Assembly (NCBI GenBank): GCA_012295275.1
Contig: CM022666.1
Span: forward strand, 8,370,001 to 8,434,000
Origin: Chrysomallon squamiferum
Taxonomy: Eukaryota; Animalia; Mollusca
Length of the DNA stretch: 64,000 bases
Direction of reading: 5' to 3'
The notes under the pieces were generated by a model. It was not told where the DNA came from. It searched no databases and was given only the letters and a program-made list of their open reading frames with translations. Made by a program: the position numbers and the translations under genes. This document shows positions 55,638 through 64,000 of the stretch, in pieces; position 1 is the first letter of the stretch; every line of letters starts with the position of its first letter.

Positions 55638-57325
55638 TATACAGTAAACCTCACCTAAGTCGTCAACTTAGCGAAAGTCCTGATTTACTGCAACATTATT
55701 TCCAATAAAATATCCTAGTCTAAGTCGTCAAATCTTACTTGGGAGAAACACAAAGCGCAGTTAATTTCTAGCTCTAAGTCAGCAGTAGAAAGTACCTCGG
55801 CACCTACTTTTATTGATAATCACATGACATACCAGTGTATGGGTAGGCTGAATTAACATATTATTTAGGGAAGCGGCGCTGACGATAGTGACTTTTCAGA
55901 GTACAAAATGGCGACTAGCGGAACAGACGGCTAATAATCAATTCTTTAAAAAGATACATGAAATAATCAAGTTTTGTGAAGCCAACCCTAGCGGTAAAAC
56001 GGGTCTGAGGGCGGAGATATTTACTGGGTATTTTTGTTTGTTTGTTTTTTGTTGTTTTTTTCTGTTTTCTTGATGTCTTTTACTCATGCGCGTACATTAT
56101 TATTATTATTATTATTATTATTAATATTATTATTATTATTATTATTATTATTGTTATTATTTTCAATGTTTCTAATAGCAACTGTATGGGGTAATTGTAA
56201 TATTTGTGTTGTAGTTATTTTAATTATAATTATGTGTCTAAATTCTTCTACGTAATGAAAACCAAGGAGGTAAATAAATAAAAACGAGAAGTTTACAGCC
56301 AGAGTTTATGAAGCGGTTTACTTCCTTATAGGTTACTATCTAACTATAGTTATTGTTATTAACAAACCAACAGGAGTACCCAGCAGTACGCATGCGCATG
56401 AATAACATTATCGCGGGTATAAATACACAGGCTGAACGTCATATCAGCTTTTATAGCAGTATTACAGAAACTGACGTTTTGCTTTTTTAGGCGCCGATTT
56501 CTGGATAGCGTTCCTGACCTGTAGAAAAGGGTGTGTAGTTGATTTTTAATTTGTGGAAAATAAAAACATTGCAGTCATCGATTATTGCAAGAAAACGATC
56601 GAAAAGGTAAATAATTTGAATTTTGCTTTAGAATTCATTACATTCTTTGTCCTATTTTCGTCGGCTATGCTAACAAAGACTTTACACTGTTAGTTGCATT
56701 TGTCACCATTGTTACAGAAGAAACAGTTGTTGTTGTACCAGCAGTCCTGGGGATTATGCAAATGAGATAGTCGTGGTAACAGAAAGATACATGTAAACAC
56801 AAAATGTTGCACACATTGCAATCTCGAATATACAAAAACTAATTAGACACTGGTAGTGGTAGTAGTAGGAGCAGTAGTAGTAGCAGTTAGGTAGTCGGAG
56901 GAGGAGCAGTAGTAGTAGTAGGTATATTAGTGGAATTGTTATAATAGTTTGGTTACAATAGTAGAAAAAATATTTTTAATAAAAATAGTTCACTGAAGAA
57001 ACGATCAATCATCAATTAACCAGGAATAAAAAATCTGACATTTTGTTTTAATCGTCCACGGATGACTAGAAAAATTTCTTTCTTCCTCCTAAACTTTAAT
57101 CACAATTGTTATCTATGTGTACTTCAAGACAAAAAATTTTTGTTTGTTAAATTATTCTTCATATTAGTTTGACATTAAAGAGCATTTCAAGTTATGAAGT
57201 TTATAATTGATTTTTTGATTATATTCAACACTGTTAGAGAATCTGAAAAACTTTCTTTCATTTAATACTGCTACCTTTGTGATACCATTTAACAATTAAT
57301 AATGGTTATGTAACATGTGTGGTTG

Positions 57326-57377
<52 letters not shown>

Positions 57378-57631
57378 GTCGTGTGCCTCGAAATAACCAA
57401 CGAAATCGGTAGTAAATTATAAGAGGGAACATTTAAAATTCAGTTAAAGAACAAAAACCAAAATGATACTCCCCCCCAAAAAAATAATAATAATAATAAT
57501 TAAAAAAAATTATATAAATAAATAAAAAGAAAAACAAAACGAAACAAAAAATAACAACAAAACATAATAATAATAATAATGAAATAAATAATACATGTCG
57601 TAATTAAAGGAAATTTAAAACGGGAGTTTCC
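54307..57631. promoter_or_regulatory. Candidate NF-kB and IRF sites upstream of TNF copy B
   Basis: GGGATTTTCC at 54363 and GGGAGTTTCC at 57622 (GGGRNWYYCC-like), GGGTTTTTCC at 54307 and 55413, GAAAGTGAAAGT at 55471. Motif matches only. Confidence 0.4.
55642..55800 (+). mobile_element. Possible pogo/Tigger-like element left end
   Basis: TA|CAGTAAACCTC start with repeated CTAAGTCGTCAA subterminal motifs; no right end found. Confidence 0.35.
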
Positions 57632-59049
57632 GGACGGGTATATGATGTCACTTCTCTGTTATTTTTCCTTTGAACTGTGAAACTTATTCAATTTAAAGTC
57701 TGAGTCATGGTTTATTCCAAGAAATTCACAAACTGAAAGTTGCTTGTAGTTCACAACTATCAAACACACATAATAATACAGCAGATAATATTTATTTAAT
57801 CTCTGTTTATTTATTTTTTTATTTTATGTTTATTTAGTTATGTATTCATTCATTTTGTTTAATATTTCATTATTCAACTTGTTTAAGATCTGTGAAGCGA
57901 GCTTTGTTTACTTTCTGTGTCTGATTTTCTACAGTTCAGTATAGTTTAGCATTTGAAAGGTTGCTTTCCACTCATGTTCATTATCACTATTTTTTATTTT
58001 TTTGACGATGGAAACTAAAATATCGGGGATTTTTTTTTCATTTTATTTTTTTTGTCGTTTCTTCTTCTTCATCTTCCTCTACTTCTTCTGCTTCTTCTTC
58101 TTCTTCTTCTTATTATTATTATTATTTTAATTATTATTTATTTTTATTTGTTTATTTATTTATTTATTTGTTTATTATTTTTTTCTTCACTATTTCCAAT
58201 AATAATTGCATGGGGTAATTGTATTTTTTGCTTTGTAGTTGTTTTAATTATATTTATGTGTCTAAATTCCTCTATTAATAAAGATCAAGGAAGTAAATAA
58301 GTAAGAACGAGAAAGAGTCGAGAGGAAAAATCAAAAAGAAGGAAGAATAAAGAAAAGAATATTTCCTGGTTTTATTCCGAAAAACTTACAAACTGAAACT
58401 CGCCAGTAGTTCACGACTGAATGATACAAATTATCTTTATTTAATCTTTGTTTATTTATTTATTTATTTGATGTTTATTTATTTATGTATTCATAAAAAA
58501 AATGTTTAATATTCCCTTATTCAACTTGTTTAAGATCTACTTAGGTAAATTTATTTGTATAAGTGAAGTGAGCTTTTGGTGTTGTCTGTTTAAACCAGTA
58601 AATAATTAGTACATATATAAAGACAATGCAAATGAATAAATAAATATATATATATGTGAATAAATAAGTGAATATATAATTATTAAAATGAATAAAAAAT
58701 AAATGAATGAATGAATAAATAAAGGCTTATGAAAAATATTTAAGTAATATCGTTAGATGCAGACATTTAAGTTTAAAAATACAAATAACAAACGCTCAAA
58801 AACCCACCATTTCAGACTCGAAATAATCCTTTGTTTGTAGTCGCAGTTGACTCAGCCATTTTTTATTCAAGTCGCTCAAGTTTAACATCTAAGGTGTCTC
58901 GAACGCGCTCGTCCAATCAAAAGGCCCCGCATCCGAGCTGCTTGCTTCACTGAGTTCAGTTGTTAGAGATCGTTCCACTGCATGGCTCCACCAGAGGAAA
59001 ACACATGTTCAGTGCCTAACTTCAGTGTGTCATTCCTTTGATCTCTCCC

Positions 59050-59581
59050 GTCTTGTAAGTGTAACAGCTGATTTGCTCCGGCAATGAATGGGGAGAATAA
59101 AGGTGCGGCTTCTTTGCTTGTTTGCCATTGTTAGGCTCTTATACACAATCAGAATCCATAAACTGCAATCCGTATATGAACCAAGAATCCTTGTGTGCCA
59201 GTCTCGTTGATGTCGTCATGTCAGCTGTAGTGACGGCTGTCAATTCCATACTTTCTCACAGTCTGAAACATCGGCAGGTACTGATGGACGAAGTCACTGC
59301 GCACTACGGTGACCTTTTCTGAAGTGCGCTGGCTGAGACATGCAGCTGTGCTGTCTCGCGTATGGGACCTGCAACAAGACGTTTTCACCTTTCTTCACCA
59401 GAAAAACCTCCCTTATGCTGATAATTTTACAGACTCAAAGTGTCTTGCCCGCCTGGCTTTTCTCTCGGATATCACCACACACCTCAACACTCTTAATGTC
59501 CCACTTGAAATCCCAGGGTATGATTCTCCAGCTTCCTCGCAGATGGAGTTGGTAGATATGCAGTTCAATTATGAATTATGA
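59050..59581 (+). mobile_element. hAT (Charlie/SPIN, GTF2IRD2-like) transposase relic
   Basis: VMSAVVTAVNSILSHSLKHRQ...HYGDLF / SEVRWL...VLSRVWDLQQDV..FL...LARLAFLSDITTHLNTLN; frameshifted. Confidence 0.85.
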
Positions 59582-59636
59582 GAGCGAGAGAGAGAAAGCG
59601 AGATTAAATAGAGAACACGTGTGTGGAAAAAAAAAT

Positions 59637-59708
<72 letters not shown>

Positions 59709-59847
59709 TAATAAATCAAAATTAATTAAATAAAAAGATAATTTGCGTGTATGTGCGCATAAATGTTAACCATTCAGTTTTGTCCAAGGCTTTGTTTTAT
59801 TTTCAGTGTATTTTATTTTGCTACAACTGATGCCACCGTATCAGAAA

Positions 59848-62430
59848 ATGTCGTCAGCGTATTCTGACCTGACCTTTGACAGGGAAAACGAACATCACTA
59901 CGACCTCATCAATGACATTCCGCAGAAGAAACGAATTTCCACTTTCGGTTTAAAGCGTCGCTTCATTCCAGTTTACCTGTGTATAATCATCAGTTTCCTT
60001 GCACTCTCCCTTTCTCTTTTTGGTTTTATCAAAGACTATTGCTTCACAAATCCCGAGAACAAGAAATTAGAAGGCGCCTGCATTCCATGTGCGTACCTGC
60101 TAAATACGCAATTTCGGGAAGATGTAGAAATAATCATCAAATATGGAGAAAAGACCTGCTGCGCACGCACACCTGCACGGATGCAACAGATGATTAATGA
60201 GGTGAGTTGGGATTTGCTAACTGGGTATAGATCATTGTAGGTACATAACTGTATTCGCTGCTAGTTCTAGTATTGGTATCATTACAACTGATCCTACTAC
60301 TACTACTACTTAAAAGGAGCTACAATGCCACAGCAAACACAACTACTGTACTACTGTACAGCTGCAACAGCAACTATTAATTACTGTAACACCATTACAC
60401 CAAGGAACTAAAAATAAAAAATTAAATTCTTATGGATCTTACACATTTAGAAGATAAAAAACATTGACAATTTAATTTAAATAACTTTTGGTATTTGTCT
60501 TACTGGTCAGTAAAGAGGAATTATTGATATTTTCGGTTCAAAATGAGGTGATGAACTTTGATCAAATATGACACTTAAATGTTCTTTGATTGTCGACTCA
60601 TGAATAATTAATTATGACTTTCTTTCCCAAAACATGTGAATATCTATCAGGATATTCAGATTATGTTCCCAGGACAAGCGTTCTTGGACCCTCTTGGATA
60701 GAAAATCACACGTAAAATGGTCGACTGATTGACAGACTTTGGAAACCGGCAAATGGGAAAATCATCCAGTCAGAAGGGTCGTGAGTGATTTCAAACATTA
60801 TCTGCCATATCTGAAAAACAAAAGTGAAAGTAGATAAAATATTCATCATGGAAAACTGAAAGTAGATTATGATCTTTATCGAGTCAGAAGGGTTGTGAGT
60901 GATTTCAAACATTATCTGCCATATCTGAAAAGCAAAAGTGAAAGTAGATAAAATATTCATCATGGAAAACTGAAAGTAGATTATGATCTTCATTGACTGA
61001 AAGTGAAAGTAGATCATCGTCTTTTTGAATAGTGAAAGTAGATTACCATCTTCATTGAAAGTGAAAGTAGATCATCTTTTTGAATAGTGAAAGTATATTA
61101 TCGTTTTGAATAGTGAAAGTAGATTACCATCTTCATTGAAAGTGAAAGTTGATCATCATCTTTTTGAATAGTGAAAGTAGATTATTATCTTCATTGAAAG
61201 TGAAAGTAGGTCATTATCTTTTTGAAAAGTGAAAGATTATTAAATTTTCAACACTAGATTTGCTCATATTCGTTTTCATTTAATCACAACAAATTTAATG
61301 CTCAGTTTTATTTTCCCATATTTATTAATTTATATTATTTATTTTTATTTGAACAAGACTTGTATCAGCTTGTCTTGCTGTGTGTATGCGTGTATGAACA
61401 CATTAATACTGTTGATTCAAGGATAAAGCATGTGTTTAATATTTTGTTTATTGCTGTTATTTTATGTGTTACATGTTTTTAAATAAAACAATATTTTATG
61501 AGTTTTTTATTTTATATTATCTGAAATGTTGTCTTTTTCTTTCTTTTTCTTTTTTCTATATATTTTTTTTTAATTGATTTTCTTTTTCACTTCAGGCTTT
61601 TAACAGAAGAATCACACAACTGGATGATAAAGGTATCTATCTTTGTTGCTGATTTCTAAACTTGTAATAGAGTAGGGTTCTGGTAATTTCGTTGCTAATG
61701 TTTAATTTTAAATCACTTTATCGTTTTAAACACCGAACACTAAATAGCTATGCCTGAAGTTTATGTAAAGAAATATTGGAAAAAAAGAACAAAAAGAAAA
61801 CAAATTAAACAAAAAAAAATAAATAAATTAAGAAGAAGATGAAAAAGTAGCAGTAGAAAAAAAGAAGAAAGAAAACATTATAAAATTATCTATTTAGTTA
61901 TATGTTTGTTTGTTTGTTTGTTTGTTTGTTTGTTTGTTTGTTTGTTTACTGGTTTGTTTGTTCATTGATTGATTGATTCACTCAACAACAGAAGTACTGA
62001 AAGACATTTCCCAACCATTTGTTTGTTTATTTGTTTATTTCTTTCTTTCTTTAACTTCTTTCTTTCTTTCTTTATTTACTTACTTGTTTATTTGTTTATT
62101 TTTTATTTTCATTCATTCATTAATTCATTTATTCAATAATTCATTTATTAATTCATTTATTTATTCAATAATTCATTTATGCAGTATCAGAAACACCAGA
62201 ACGGCCTAAAATCTCGCCCCAAACGCACAAGGTCTCCCGCAGCGGTGACGTTGCACTGCACAACTCCGACGTTGTTGTTCATCTACCAACTACAGACCAA
62301 ACTAATCAGGGTCACAATGGTAATGCTGTTGTTGTTATTATTATTATTATTATTAATATTATTGATATTAGTATTATTATTATTACCCTTATTATTTTAA
62401 TTATTTTAATTATTATTTATTTATTTGTTT

Positions 62431-62463
<33 letters not shown>

Positions 62464-62700
62464 TGTATTTCTTTGGCTATTTGCCAATAACCAACAGTAA
62501 CAGGACACCAGACCTGTTGTTAGCAACATGGCATGTAAACACATTACGTACACACTAAACCTTTGTTCCCTATAAATCTCTAATGTATATCCCGAAGAAA
62601 AGAGTCGCTGTCGCATATATAATGTACAGTGAATAAATATTTTTAAAAAACCTTGTTGTTATTATTATTATTATTATTATTAATTTTATATCATACTGTA

Positions 62701-62748
<48 letters not shown>

Positions 62749-63219
62749 AAAATCATATTTGATAACATAATGTCATACCCTATACTATACCGAACCATAT
62801 TAACACACCATATAATCTAATATTCTTCTGTTTTTTTCCTTTCAGGTGAACAACAGAAACAGATCAAAGGAGCTGATATGAAAAACACTCGACTCAATAT
62901 CACTGAATCGGGTTTCTACTACATTTACAGCCAGGTTTACTTCAGAATCTTTACAAGCAACGGCATGAAGCTGCCAGGCATCCTGGGTCACCAGGTTTTC
63001 CGCTACAGCGACAACGTTCCCAACGACGGAATAGAAAAGCTGCTGGAGACAGCACAGACCACCACGGAAGATAAAAATCGCAACGTCTATCTTCACAGCA
63101 GCTACGCAGGGGGGGTGTTTAAGCTTGATGGCGGAGACCAGTTGTATGTAATCATATCCCATCCGTCACTTACTAATCTTAAGCTGTCCTTTTTGGGGGT
63201 CATCAAATTGAATATGTGA
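59848..63219 (+). CDS. TNF superfamily ligand, copy B (type II membrane protein, 4 coding exons, 299 aa)
   Basis: Exons 59848-60201 (in-frame upstream ATG at 59830), 61596-61632, 62185-62319 (…DVVVHLP…, strand A) and 62846-63219; phases 0,1,1; 900 nt open. TM helix, CIPC...CC stalk, GFYYIYSQVYF and GGVFKL..GDQLYV motifs. Confidence 0.87.
60768..61235. repeat. Intronic tandem repeats (114-bp duplication, then ~28-30 bp units), each carrying TGAAAG(T)
   Basis: 13 occurrences of TGAAAG, 4 of them as GAAAGTGAAAGT. Confidence 0.9.
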
Positions 63220-64000
63220 ACCGTATATAGATCGTATATTGTAGTAAAATTAAAATAATTAACAGAAATATTAATAATACTTACAAAAAGTAATAATAAC
63301 AACAGTAACATAGATCAAATTTCAAGTTTTAATGTTAAGTATTTTCAGTATGTTCAGGTATTAAGATCGACTCCCAAAACCTGCAGACAGATAATAATAC
63401 TGTAGAGCTACTTCCACTGGGAAATCCTGCCGCGCTTATTAGGTCTGTGCATTGACTAATGTAAGAGTTGCAGCGTAATGTAATAGGCTACTTAAAAATA
63501 ATAAAAACCATCAATTTCGGTATTAGGCTTTTGCTTCATTTGCATCAGTGTAGAAGCTTAAGCACTAAAAAGAATTTGGTGCCCTCATACATTTGTAAGT
63601 CAAAATATAAACAATAATAAACCATAAATAAAATTTTATTTATCAATAATTCGAAATTAAGCAAAACTTACAGTAAGAAGGAAGAGAACGCTTTATAAAC
63701 AGAACTTATTCATTTTTCATTAAATTTTGAAAATGGCTATAAATTTAATTAAGTAAATAAATTCGGCTAGAAAAAATGTTGAGGTGGCCCTCTTACCCTT
63801 GATGCCCTAAGCACGTGACCCTTGAATGGACAACCCAATCCCCCCCCAAAAAAACAACAAAAAAACAACAACAACAAAACAAGAAACTATATAATTTTCG
63901 GTGAAAATGTCGCTATCGATCGATAACAGCCTGTGTGCGGTAACCGAGTAACCGAACTGGTCGATAACAATCTCCACTGGCCGCACTTTCACATACAAGA

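Overview
AT-rich, microsatellite-laden animal DNA with GT-AG introns. It looks molluscan/lophotrochozoan, inferred from gene and transposon types. Three contigs are joined by two 200-N gaps (2859-3058, 40969-41168). The middle contig holds a complete 10-exon minus-strand gene (28166-19038, 608 aa by manual splicing): signal peptide, five chitin-binding type-2 (peritrophin-A-like) modules, a sushi/CCP-like module and a degenerate galectin-like domain. It also holds a truncated paralog, an orphan signal-peptide exon and Tc1 fragments, inside a ~26-kb-period tandem duplication. The right contig holds a decayed RNase H-containing LINE and two tandem TNF-superfamily ligand genes (47399-52192, 59848-63219) with complementary in-frame deletions. 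The left contig (1-2858) nearly duplicates 48188-51060. Most notable: the complementary TNF lesions, an ITAM-like TNF tail, an IRF/Blimp-1 motif minisatellite in a TNF intron, and 13 tandem copies of a splice acceptor. All gene models are manual and lack transcript support. Most entries in the ORF track are simple-repeat artefacts.
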